From: Hyperthermus butylicus DSM 5456
GTDB lineage: Archaea; Thermoproteota; Thermoprotei_A; Sulfolobales; Pyrodictiaceae
NCBI RefSeq assembly: GCF_000015145.1
Contig: NC_008818.1
Location: 60,001 to 92,000, forward strand
DNA: 32,000 bases
Direction of reading: 5' to 3'
The translations under genes were made by a program, and so were the position numbers. The notes below the pieces were generated by a model. The model was not told the origin of the DNA and ran no database searches. It saw only the letters and a list, made by a program, of their open reading frames with translations. Below are positions 18,978 through 28,084 of the stretch, in pieces. Numbering within the stretch: position 1 is the first letter of the stretch; each line of letters opens with the position of its first letter.

Positions 18978-19806
18978 GGAAGTCTATGGGCCCGAGAAGG
19001 CTAGACGATTCTGGAAGAGAATAGACATTATAGGCGATATCGCCATTATAAAGAAGCCCTTCGACGTTGAGCTAGAGGAGCTTAAGCCGCTCGCTGAGGC
19101 TCTCCTCGCCAGGCTCCCTTATGTGAAGAGCGTCTGGGCGGCATCAAGCCCCGTTGAGGGCATGTACAGGTTGCGAAAGTTTGTCCACCTTGCGGGAGAG
19201 CAGAGAAGCCTGACTATACACCGCGAGTACGGGTGTAGCTTCCTTGTAGACATAACAAAGGTCTACATCTCGCCGAGGCTCTCCTACGAACACTATCGTG
19301 TGGCAAAACTCGTCAAGCCAGGCGAAGTTGTCATCAACATGTATGCTGGAGCAGGCCTTTTCTCGATAATAATCGCCCGGCACGCTAAGCCACAGAGGGT
19401 CTACAGTATAGACATAAACCCGGACGCCTACCAGCTCATGGTGCACAACGTCAAGATGAACAAGGTTGAAGACATTGTTGTCCCTATACTCGGCGACGCT
19501 GCAAAGGTTGTACCAGAGACGCTTCGTGGTACTGCGAACCGGATACTGATGCCTCTGCCCGAGCTAGCACTTGAACACCTGCCAGCAGCACTTGCAGGCT
19601 TGCGAGAGGGCCGGGGCGTCCTACACGTGTATCTCCACATCTTCGCGGAGAAGGGCGTTGATCCCCGCAGCCGCGCCGTGGAAACCCTTGTCAACAGACT
19701 GGAAGAGCTAGGCGTGAAGAAGCACCGTGTGCTCCTCGCAAGGGTTGTGAGGACTGTCGGGCCGCGGCGTAGCCAGGTAGTAGTCGATGTTGAGGTTGAG
19801 ACCTAG
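18934..19806 (+). CDS. Trm5/TYW2-family tRNA methyltransferase
   Basis: INMYAGAGLFSIIIARHAKPQRVYSIDINPDAYQLMVHNVKMNKV...RILMPLPELALEHLPAAL; class I SAM MTase of the Trm5/Tyw2 group. Confidence 0.83.
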   Translation: MGELPRRELLRKIAEEVYGPEKARRFWKRIDIIGDIAIIKKPFDVELEELKPLAEALLARLPYVKSVWAASSPVEGMYRLRKFVHLAGEQRSLTIHREYGCSFLVDITKVYISPRLSYEHYRVAKLVKPGEVVINMYAGAGLFSIIIARHAKPQRVYSIDINPDAYQLMVHNVKMNKVEDIVVPILGDAAKVVPETLRGTANRILMPLPELALEHLPAALAGLREGRGVLHVYLHIFAEKGVDPRSRAVETLVNRLEELGVKKHRVLLARVVRTVGPRRSQVVVDVEVET

Positions 19807-20240
19807 CCTAGGGAGGATAGCTTCATAGCCGCATATTCTAGTGCTGCTACCACATCATCCTTCACACCCTTATCAACACCGGTCACTAGTATGGATACAA
19901 CTCCTCCCTCACGCTTCTCAACACTATAGTCTACGCCCTCCTCAGCCCTTAGCCTCTCAAGCACATTCAACACATACTTTATGTAGGGCAGCGTCTCGGG
20001 CACCGGCCGTGTAAACGCAAGCATAACAGTGTCCCTAGACTCGACAATCCTCGCTACGACCCTGCCCTCCCGGTTCCGGAACTCCCTGCCACGCCTCAAC
20101 TCGCCACCTACACGTCTAGAGCCAGCACACTCCTCAAGCACCGCTAGAAGTTGCTGTAACAGCTGTAGCCTCTCCTCAAGCTGCTCAATCTCCCTCTCAA
20201 GGAGCTCCCTCAGCTTCTCAATGTCCAGGCCCTCAGACAT
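19803..20240 (-). CDS. Hypothetical protein with N-terminal coiled coil
   Basis: LRELLEREIEQLEERLQLLQQLLAVLEE coiled-coil start, then an alpha/beta-looking domain; overlaps the stop of the convergent gene by 4 nt. Confidence 0.6.
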   Translation of the reverse strand: MSEGLDIEKLRELLEREIEQLEERLQLLQQLLAVLEECAGSRRVGGELRRGREFRNREGRVVARIVESRDTVMLAFTRPVPETLPYIKYVLNVLERLRAEEGVDYSVEKREGGVVSILVTGVDKGVKDDVVAALEYAAMKLSSLG

Positions 20241-20349
20241 ACCTACTACACCCAGCTATGCTGCTCCACTACAGCTGTAGAGGTAAAGCCAGGTTTATGG
20301 GGGGCGCGGCTGCTGTAGCCCAAAGGGCCTAGCACAAACTCCGCCTATA

Positions 20350-22152
20350 GTGGCCGAGAGGTGCTCTAGCGCCTTGAGACCCAACCATGCACGGCTTCTA
20401 ATAGCCCTGGTACTTGTTGCAATTATAGCATTCCCCACTCCTGCTAGCGCTGCATCAGTCTGTCTAGAGCTTGGGCTCCTAGCTGTTAACGAGGATAACG
20501 GTGCTCTCCACGGTGAGGTTATACCTGCCCAGCTTACAGTTACTTGGCCCGGCAATGGCACAGTATCACTGCTATCAAGTAATGATATAGGGCCCTCGAC
20601 AAGGGTATCGACCTTCATAGCGTTCCAGGTAGCTGCAATCCTGGCAGGGATTGACCCCCGATACTACAACGTAACTATAACGTTTAAAACAGAGGAGCCT
20701 GTTTCGGGGCCCAGCGCAAGCGGCTTCATCGCAGCTGCACTCTACTCCATATTTATCGGTCTGGAGCCCTCAAAAAAGGCAACTATGACTGGCATGACTT
20801 CAGCTACAGGGTTTGTGCTCCCAGTTGCGGGGCTAAGCTACAAACTTGAAGCAGCCGCTAGGGAGGGCTACGTTGTCACCATAGTACCATGGCAGCCTGA
20901 CATACTAGAAAACTCTTCACTACCCCCTCAAGGCCTTACCATACGCCATGCCTGCAGCATTGAGGATGCCGCGTTACTACTTGCTGGAGGTAACCCGGTC
21001 AACCTCACCACAAGACTTGCCCTCAACCCCTTGACACTGTTTGGCAACGAGGTGGCAAAGTTTAGGTACTATGCACTCCTCTTTAGCAACTATACTCTCA
21101 AGCTGGTGGACAGTATAGACAATGAACATGTAGCAAAGATTGTCGAGAGACTTGCACGCGAGAGCATCACTATAGCCGATAAGTCGCCCTATAGTGCTGC
21201 AAGCATGGCATTCCTATCCCTCTACCTTGCATCAACCGCTGTAGCTGAGCAACACGGCTACGCGGCTGTCGAGCGCCTACTCGGGGTAAGCATAGAGGAT
21301 ATCCTCGCCGAGGCAAGAACTAGTGTGGAGCATGCTGCCAGCCTCTTCAACTACACAGGGTCCTGCGGGCTATGGGGGTTCGAGGCTCTAGCAGCTGCCA
21401 AGCTCCGCCTATACCTTGCCGAGCACGCGGCGAAATCGGACGATGAAGATGTTAAGGTGCTAGCCCTCCTCCGCGCTTACTCTGCAGAATCCTGGGCTAA
21501 GCTGGCAAGGGTTGACTACGGCCCACGCGTATCGTGTGCAGAGCTTAGGGAGGCTGTGAGAATACTCGTAAACTATGCGAACTATACGTACGAGTATCTC
21601 GCCAGTATTATTGACCGCTACATAAACGTTACCAGGATGGTTGACGGCAGGACCATCGAGGAGTGGCTTGCCGATGCAAGGCATGCTCTTGAAAACGGGG
21701 ACTATGCTCTTGCAGCCGGGATAGCACTGTACGTAGTCGACGAGGTCGAACAAATACTCATAACGTCCTCGCCACTGCCACAGAGCTGCGTGCTAGGACG
21801 CGCTGAGCGCATAGAGATACTCCAGTATGGGAGAGGACTTCTAGGCCTAGTCTCAGGGCTGACACTAGCCTATGCGCTGGGCGAGGCTAATCTAACCGCA
21901 AACATAACCGGCAACCACAACATTCCCGAGGGATTAGCTATAACCTCGATTGTATGGTCGCTTCTCCCCCTCACGCTCACGAGCATAGAGCCTAGCGGAG
22001 CGCCAGCTCCAACACTAGCGCCAGCCAGCTGTCCTCTACGATCCATACAACAATACATAATGGCGTTGGTCATAGTGTCGGCTGTACTCGCAATACTAGC
22101 CTACGCGTCAGCTCTTACTGCTAGGAGGGCTAGGCTTGAGGTAGTCCAGTAA
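20350..22152 (+). CDS. Secreted/membrane Lon-like (S16-type) archaeal serine protease domain protein
   Basis: Signal/TM near the N-terminus, catalytic-Ser-like GPSASGFIAAALYS, Lys motif LPVAGLSYKLEAAAREGY, C-terminal TM (YIMALVIVSAVLAILAYASAL). Confidence 0.75.
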   Translation: MAERCSSALRPNHARLLIALVLVAIIAFPTPASAASVCLELGLLAVNEDNGALHGEVIPAQLTVTWPGNGTVSLLSSNDIGPSTRVSTFIAFQVAAILAGIDPRYYNVTITFKTEEPVSGPSASGFIAAALYSIFIGLEPSKKATMTGMTSATGFVLPVAGLSYKLEAAAREGYVVTIVPWQPDILENSSLPPQGLTIRHACSIEDAALLLAGGNPVNLTTRLALNPLTLFGNEVAKFRYYALLFSNYTLKLVDSIDNEHVAKIVERLARESITIADKSPYSAASMAFLSLYLASTAVAEQHGYAAVERLLGVSIEDILAEARTSVEHAASLFNYTGSCGLWGFEALAAAKLRLYLAEHAAKSDDEDVKVLALLRAYSAESWAKLARVDYGPRVSCAELREAVRILVNYANYTYEYLASIIDRYINVTRMVDGRTIEEWLADARHALENGDYALAAGIALYVVDEVEQILITSSPLPQSCVLGRAERIEILQYGRGLLGLVSGLTLAYALGEANLTANITGNHNIPEGLAITSIVWSLLPLTLTSIEPSGAPAPTLAPASCPLRSIQQYIMALVIVSAVLAILAYASALTARRARLEVVQ

Positions 22153-22773
22153 CGTGCGCGGCTTTTTAGAGGTAGGCTCCTCTCTCAAAGCCTCCCGCAC
22201 AGCAGCCGCAATGGGCCCCCGGAAGTCGTCCTCTAGCTTCTGCCGGAGGGGCGGCTTGTAGAGCGCGGCAGCGGGGTGATAGGTAACAGTTATCATCAGC
22301 TTGACACCTCCAATCTCGCCGTGGTACGTCTTGCCGTGCTGTTCGCTCATACTCCTCCACTGTAGCCCAGCCAGCTCCAACAAGGTACGGGCTGAGTGAC
22401 GGCCAACGGCTATGATTAGCTTTGGCTTTACCAGCCTTATCTGGTGTAGAAGGTAGGGTAAGCAAGCCTTCACCTCATCTTCCTGAGGGTCGCGATTGCC
22501 GGGCGGCCTACACTTGACGATATTCGTTATATAGACCTGCTCCCGTTTGAGCCCCGCGAGCTCCAGGAGCTTGTTTAGGAGCTGGCCGGCTGCGCCAACG
22601 AACGGCCTACCCTGGAGATCCTCATTCCTGCCCGGCGCCTCACCGATAACCATCACCTTTGCGTTGAGGGGGCCCTCGCCAGGTACCGGGTTGCGCCGGT
22701 ACTGGTGGAGCCGGCACTTGGTACAGTTCATTATCTCCTCAACAAGCCTCCTATACTCCTCCTCAACGCTCAT
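22108..22773 (-). CDS. udg: Family 4 (Fe-S) uracil-DNA glycosylase
   Basis: CTKCRLHQYRRNPVPGEGPLNAKVMVIGEAPGRNEDLQGRPFVGAAGQLLNKLLE...YITNIVKCRPPGNRDPQEDEVKAC...TYHPAAAL. Internal ATG (22773) preferred over the 22815 start. Confidence 0.95.
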   Translation of the reverse strand: MSVEEEYRRLVEEIMNCTKCRLHQYRRNPVPGEGPLNAKVMVIGEAPGRNEDLQGRPFVGAAGQLLNKLLELAGLKREQVYITNIVKCRPPGNRDPQEDEVKACLPYLLHQIRLVKPKLIIAVGRHSARTLLELAGLQWRSMSEQHGKTYHGEIGGVKLMITVTYHPAAALYKPPLRQKLEDDFRGPIAAAVREALREEPTSKKPRTLLDYLKPSPPSSKS

Positions 22774-22881
22774 AGACGTGGATTCTTCTGGCACGGCTTG
22801 GCTACCCGGTTTCACAGCATAGTCTGGCCGGTACAGCTAAGGGGTTAGCCCCTCCTAACAGATTGTAGTGGTGTAGTAGCC

Positions 22882-23724
22882 GTGGAGAGGCCCTCGGCGA
22901 AAGCGCCAACCGTTGAGGGTAAAATGTACCATATCATGCTCGGCCCAGGCGAAATTCCGCCCTACGTCCTCCTGCCAGGCGATCCAGGTAGGATAGACGA
23001 TATAGTCGCGACGTGGGATGAATGGCGGGAGCTAGCATTTCACCGCGAGTATCGTAGTGTCAAGGGCAGGTATAAGGGTGTGGAAATAGGCGCTGTCAGC
23101 ACTGGCATAGGCGGACCGTCAACTGCAATTGCCGTCGAGGAGCTGGCTAGGATAGGGGTACATACGTTCATCCGCGTGGGCACCACTGGCGCTATACAAC
23201 CGGATATAGAACTTGGAACAGTCATCATAGGCTATGCAGCTGTAAGATATGATGGTGCTAGTGGTGAGTATGCTCCGCCAGAGTACCCCGCAGCTGCGAC
23301 ACCCGAGGTGGTTCTAGCTCTTGTTGAGGCTGCTGAGAGGCTCGGGGTACCATACCGTGTCGGCGTGGTGGCCTCAACAGCAACATTCCACTTGGGGCAG
23401 AGCCGCCCAGGGTTCCGTGGGTACGAGTGGAGCCGTAGCAGGGAGAGGCTAGCAGACCTACAGCGCATGGGTGTCCTCAGCTTCGAGATGGAGGCGGCGA
23501 CGATATTCACTCTCGCGAGTCTCTATGGGCTGCGGGCAGGCTGTGTCTGCGCCGCAATAGCCAACCGCGTGACCGACGAGTTTAAACCGGGGGTCGGGGT
23601 TAGGGAGGCGATACTAGTGGCTAATGAGGCTGTGAGGATACTAGCCGAGGCCGACAGGGAAAAGGGCAGGAAGCCAGCTAGTATAACAACGCTCTACAAC
23701 GCCGTCAGAAAGCTGTACGGCTAG
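22882..23724 (+). CDS. udp: Uridine phosphorylase (nucleoside phosphorylase family)
   Basis: YVLLPGDPGRIDDI, GAVSTGIGGPSTAIAVEEL, IRVGTTGAIQPDIELGTVII, SFEMEAATIFTLA. Confidence 0.88.
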   Translation: MERPSAKAPTVEGKMYHIMLGPGEIPPYVLLPGDPGRIDDIVATWDEWRELAFHREYRSVKGRYKGVEIGAVSTGIGGPSTAIAVEELARIGVHTFIRVGTTGAIQPDIELGTVIIGYAAVRYDGASGEYAPPEYPAAATPEVVLALVEAAERLGVPYRVGVVASTATFHLGQSRPGFRGYEWSRSRERLADLQRMGVLSFEMEAATIFTLASLYGLRAGCVCAAIANRVTDEFKPGVGVREAILVANEAVRILAEADREKGRKPASITTLYNAVRKLYG

Positions 23725-23967
23725 TTGCAGGACAAGGATCGGTGCGGGGGCTTGCCTAGGGTCAAGGTGACAGTTGTTCCGGGCGGCAAGACTAGGATAC
23801 TAGAGTTTGGCGCCATGCCACGCGTAAGGGACATACTGGAGAAGCTCGGCATACCGCTAGAAGCGGCTGTAGTTGTGAGGACGCGTGACGTGAAGCCGCT
23901 CCTCCCTGACGAGCATGTGGGTGATGGCGAAGATGTCACAGTCTATGTTGCAGCAAGTACGGGGTAA
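23725..23967 (+). CDS. MoaD/ThiS-like beta-grasp (ubiquitin-like) protein
   Basis: VKVTVVPGGKTRILEFGAMPRVRDILEKLGIPLEAAVVVRTRDVKPLLPDEHVGDGEDVTVYVAASTG; placed immediately upstream of, and overlapping, a thiolase-type ATPase gene. Confidence 0.75.
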   Translation: MQDKDRCGGLPRVKVTVVPGGKTRILEFGAMPRVRDILEKLGIPLEAAVVVRTRDVKPLLPDEHVGDGEDVTVYVAASTG

Positions 23968-24958
23968 CGAAGCTAGGCTATACCGCTGCAGCCTCTGCGG
24001 AGAGCCTGCTGCCGCTGAGCTGAGATATGCTAGGCTGAGGCTCTGCAAGAAACACTTCATCGAGTTTATAAATAGGAAGGTTGAGCGCACCCTACGCCGT
24101 GTCGGCGCGCTACGCAAGGGTGTAAAGATACTTGTAGCGATTTCGGGTGGCAAGGATAGTGCTGTAACGCTTGCAGCACTTTCCGACCTGGCAAAGAAGT
24201 ATGGCATCGAGGTCTACGCTATACACCTACGCCTAGGCTTCGGCGAGTTCTCAGCCAAGGTTGAGGAGAGAGTTAGGAGTCTATGCAACATGCTCGGTAT
24301 ACCCTGCATAGTGGTTGATGTTGCCGAAGCAGTGGGCGATCCGGTACACATACTTGCACGCAAGGCGAGGAGGCCAGCATGCAGCGTCTGTGGCCTCGTG
24401 AAGAGGTATTTCCTAAATGCGTCTGCAATAGAGCTAGGCGCCGACTATGTAGCGCTTGGCCACAATGCAGACGACATAATAGCCTATAGCATCAAGGCCT
24501 TTCTAAACCAGGATCTGGAGGCACTAGCAAAGTTTGGCCCTGTAACAACAAGCATTGACGACCTAGCTGTTGCTAGGCTTAGGCCACTCTACGAGGTCTA
24601 CGAGAAGGAGGATGTACTCTATGCTATTCTCCGAGGCCTACCTGTAGTCTTTGATAAGTGTCCGTTCAGACCAGAGGCCCCCATGGAGGATACGATAAAG
24701 GAGATGATCAACAAACTGGAGGACAAACATCCCGGTATAAAGATCTCCTTCCTAAGGAGGCTCGAGAAGAGGATAAAGCTCTACGGAGAGTTGGCAGGCA
24801 GCGCAAAGCCTGGACGCTGCAAGTACTGTGGCCTCATAAGCCAGGGCGATGAGTGTAGCTTCTGTAGACTCACACGCCGCATCTACGGCGAGCCCAGGGG
24901 ACCGAAGGTCAGGGAATACTTGAAGCAGGTTATCCAGAGGAGCTTTGCAACCAGGTAG
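23945..24958 (+). CDS. tRNA 2-thiolation enzyme of the TtuA/Ncs6 family
   Basis: N-terminal CSLCG and C-terminal CKYCG...CSFC zinc motifs, PP-loop ILVAISGGKDSAVTL, GHNADD. ATG 23945 fits best. Confidence 0.86.
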   Translation: MLQQVRGNEARLYRCSLCGEPAAAELRYARLRLCKKHFIEFINRKVERTLRRVGALRKGVKILVAISGGKDSAVTLAALSDLAKKYGIEVYAIHLRLGFGEFSAKVEERVRSLCNMLGIPCIVVDVAEAVGDPVHILARKARRPACSVCGLVKRYFLNASAIELGADYVALGHNADDIIAYSIKAFLNQDLEALAKFGPVTTSIDDLAVARLRPLYEVYEKEDVLYAILRGLPVVFDKCPFRPEAPMEDTIKEMINKLEDKHPGIKISFLRRLEKRIKLYGELAGSAKPGRCKYCGLISQGDECSFCRLTRRIYGEPRGPKVREYLKQVIQRSFATR

Positions 24959-24967
24959 AGCGGATAT

Positions 24968-26197
24968 GTGGGGGATAGGGTGGAGCAGAAAGAACCCCGA
25001 AGGATAGCCTCAACGTCGCCGGAGCCAGCAAATAAACCGAAGATAGCGCTTAGAGAGGTGGACTCTAATCTTCCCCCGACACGTGTAGACCTTGTATCCG
25101 CGATGCTGGGCTCTAGCAACCTTCTCTACTGCTACAAGCCAACCATAGTACTCGCTCTAAGACCTGAAAATACAAGGTTTAGCTACCTTGAGCTTCTACG
25201 CCGGGTAGCCCGTGAAGCATGCAGGGTTACACTGAGACTACAGCTCCATGGCCTTCACGGCGGTAGAAGGCTTACGGAGTATCAGCTTGCAACTCTTCGA
25301 TTCTCCGGCTTCATAGCCGCGATAGACCTTGACGAGGTTTCCGAGTCGGAGAGAGGGGATGGTGTAGCATCTCTAGCAAGGCTTGAGGCCAGCCTCGAGG
25401 ATAGGCTGCGAGAAGCACCGCTATCCCTTCCAGGCTTCATAATCCTATACGGTTCTCGGAACCTCATACGCCGTATCCAGGTTATGTGGAGCCCAAGGGT
25501 TGGGGGGCGTGGTCAAGTCTTTGTCCGGCTCCAGCCCCCCGTGGAGGCTGAGATAATCGAGAACGAGGACGTATTTAAGGCTATAGCACTGCTGTACAAC
25601 CTGCCCGAAAACATCGTTAATGGGGCAGCCAATATTGATGACGCTGTTACTCTAGCCGAGGAGACCTATACAAGGCTCCTAGAGGCTTTTGCCTCAGACC
25701 CCTCCCTAGGCGCTGTAGCGAGACAAGCTATAGACGATGAGGAGACCAGGCCCGACGAGGCATTTGTACACTTCGCCTCCAAGATGATAGCCCTTGCCAA
25801 CCTGCTGGAGGCAGGGTATAGCGAGGCCGAAATAGAGGTCGAGGTCGCCGTCGGGGGTGTACCCGTAGATATAATAGTTGGCGGCAGGTGGTCGAGGAGC
25901 CTCATAGTGGAAGTTGAAACACTCTATGGCTCGTTAAACCCGGCCGCCCGGTTATCCACGGTGGTTAGACAGAGGATAGGCATGGGCTACAACATGTGGA
26001 TTGTTGTACCGCCTCTCCAAGCAGCCCTCTATGCCCCCTACATAGAGCCCGTGGTTAAACGCTATAGCGAGAGCGGCTCGATAGAATTCTACACGTTTAG
26101 CGGTTTCGATGCATCCCTAACTCCCCTCGGCGAGTTCCTAGAGAAGGTATGGGCTCTTGCAGAAAGGCTGTGGAAGCATAGGCTTGGCGGCTCTTAG
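24968..26197 (+). CDS. Hypothetical protein with a possible C-terminal PD-(D/E)XK-like nuclease core
   Basis: EAEIEVEVAVGGVPVDIIVGGRWSRSLIVEVETLYGSLNPAARLSTVVRQRIGMGYNMWIVVPP resembles E...D...ExE topology. Confidence 0.45.
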   Translation: MGDRVEQKEPRRIASTSPEPANKPKIALREVDSNLPPTRVDLVSAMLGSSNLLYCYKPTIVLALRPENTRFSYLELLRRVAREACRVTLRLQLHGLHGGRRLTEYQLATLRFSGFIAAIDLDEVSESERGDGVASLARLEASLEDRLREAPLSLPGFIILYGSRNLIRRIQVMWSPRVGGRGQVFVRLQPPVEAEIIENEDVFKAIALLYNLPENIVNGAANIDDAVTLAEETYTRLLEAFASDPSLGAVARQAIDDEETRPDEAFVHFASKMIALANLLEAGYSEAEIEVEVAVGGVPVDIIVGGRWSRSLIVEVETLYGSLNPAARLSTVVRQRIGMGYNMWIVVPPLQAALYAPYIEPVVKRYSESGSIEFYTFSGFDASLTPLGEFLEKVWALAERLWKHRLGGS

Positions 26198-27045
26198 CGC
26201 CGCCATATGAGGGCAGGCGGCCTCGCACCAATCCTCTCATACAGCCAGGACACTAGTGCGAGAGCCACAACAACCATTATGTAGGGCGTATTCTCGGCCA
26301 CTACAGCGGGCACACCCAGCCCCTCAAGGACCATTATCAAAGTGTTAGCCAGGCCTATGAGGTAGGCTGCAGCAGCCACTCCCACCGGATGCCAGTAGCC
26401 GAGGATGACACTGCCCAGTGCGAGCCAACCCCAGCCAAGCGCCACTCCAGCACTCCACGTGCCCGGCCGGCTCAGAAAGATGAAGGCGCCAGCAATACCC
26501 GCCAGAGCCCCAGCTGTGAGCGCCACCGCAAGCCGGTAAACTGCCACGTTCACCCCTAGGAACCTTGCAGCCTCCACATCCTCGCCAAGGCTCCTCACAG
26601 CATATCCTACCCATGTACGGTATAGGAGGGCGTAGAGTACCACTGCTGGAAGCACGAGTAGCGCGAGCGAGGCATAGTTCTTTACCCCGAGACTGAGGGA
26701 TGGCAGGGGGGTTCCGGCAGCATTACTGCCAACAAGGTCACCAAGGCCTATCCCGAGGAATACTATTGCTAGGCCAGTGACGGCCTGGTTGGCCCTAAAC
26801 ACTATTGCTGCAACATAGTAGACGAGGATCAACGCTATACCTGCAAGGGCTCCCACAGCAAATCCTGCTGACAAGCTACCAGTAGCCGCTGCAGCAGCTG
26901 CAGCCGCAGCCGAGGAGAAATAAACTAGCCCCTCTAGCCCAAGGTTCAGCATGCCAGCTCTCTCCATCAACAGCTCGCCATAAGCAGCTACAGCAACTAT
27001 TGCAGCAGGAGCTAGGCCTTGGACTAGGAGTTCTATGCTAGTCAT
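26194..27045 (-). CDS. ABC transporter permease (nucleoside/simple-sugar, BMP type)
   Basis: Multi-TM; AERAGMLNLGLEGLVYFSSAAAA, typical of BMP-family permeases. Confidence 0.88.
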   Translation of the reverse strand: MTSIELLVQGLAPAAIVAVAAYGELLMERAGMLNLGLEGLVYFSSAAAAAAAAATGSLSAGFAVGALAGIALILVYYVAAIVFRANQAVTGLAIVFLGIGLGDLVGSNAAGTPLPSLSLGVKNYASLALLVLPAVVLYALLYRTWVGYAVRSLGEDVEAARFLGVNVAVYRLAVALTAGALAGIAGAFIFLSRPGTWSAGVALGWGWLALGSVILGYWHPVGVAAAAYLIGLANTLIMVLEGLGVPAVVAENTPYIMVVVALALVSWLYERIGARPPALIWRR

Positions 27046-28084
27046 TCCTCCTCACCACGAGCTTGTACCTGGAGAGTGTTGTGGCTATGAGCACGGAGAG
27101 TACGAGTATGGCTTCGAAGGCGTAGACTAGGCTTGCAGGTATACCCTGGAGCTGGAGCATAGAAACCATGTTATAGAGCACGGCCAGCAACATGCCAGCA
27201 GCGAGAGCGCCGAGGGGACGTAGACCAGCTAGCCACGCTGCGAGCACGCCCATGTAGCCGTAACCCAGGCCTCCCTTGCCTATAGTGGTTAACGGTGTAT
27301 GAATAGACACTATGTACAGCGCGCCGCCGAGCCCTGCCGCAGCACCAGACAGTGCCGCAGCAGCGAGAATTGTTCTCCGGGGGTCCACCCCATAGGTTTC
27401 AGCTGCCTTTCTCGCAGCCCCGACAGCATCTATTGCCACGCCAAGCCTTGTAAACCGATGGACAAGGTCAAGCACTACTATGGCGGCAGCCGCTACAGCT
27501 GCCGCCGTAGCCCCGCTGACCCAGAACTTCTCGGGCAACACTACAGTCATGGTGAATCTCCCAGCTTTCCAGGGTCCGGATACGAGATAATTTACAATAG
27601 CAACAACAACATAGTTTAACATGAGGCTTATAAGGGTCTCATTGGTGCCCAAGTACGCCCGCATAGCGCCAACAAGGAGGCCACATGCTCCGCCTACTAT
27701 AGCGGCTAGTACTAGTGCCGCTACAAGACCTGCAAGACCTGGCGCATCCCATAACACATAGGCTAAGAGGCCGTGGGTTACTGTCAAGCCCAGTATAACC
27801 TGACCCTCTGAGCCGATGGTTATGAAGCCAGCTCTATAGGCTAGGGCTAGTCCAGCAGCCGAGAGGCCTATGGGCACGAAGTATGGCAGCGAGTCGAAGT
27901 AGGAGTTGGGATTCGTAAAGGCCTTGTAGAAGGCGGCAGCTACACCACCTACGCCACGAGGTGTAAGAGCGCCAACAGCTATGGAGACAAGCATGCCGGC
28001 AGCTAGGCCGGCAAGGCCGTAGAGGAGAGGATTTCCACGCTCCCATGGCGCCTTCTCTACAAGCTCAAGTCTCAACAGATCCAC
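27038..28084 (-). CDS. ABC transporter permease (nucleoside/simple-sugar, BMP type)
   Basis: Multi-TM; YRAGFITIGSEGQVILG and NETLISLMLNYVVVAIVNYL. Confidence 0.88.
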   Translation of the reverse strand: MDLLRLELVEKAPWERGNPLLYGLAGLAAGMLVSIAVGALTPRGVGGVAAAFYKAFTNPNSYFDSLPYFVPIGLSAAGLALAYRAGFITIGSEGQVILGLTVTHGLLAYVLWDAPGLAGLVAALVLAAIVGGACGLLVGAMRAYLGTNETLISLMLNYVVVAIVNYLVSGPWKAGRFTMTVVLPEKFWVSGATAAAVAAAAIVVLDLVHRFTRLGVAIDAVGAARKAAETYGVDPRRTILAAAALSGAAAGLGGALYIVSIHTPLTTIGKGGLGYGYMGVLAAWLAGLRPLGALAAGMLLAVLYNMVSMLQLQGIPASLVYAFEAILVLSVLIATTLSRYKLVVRRND

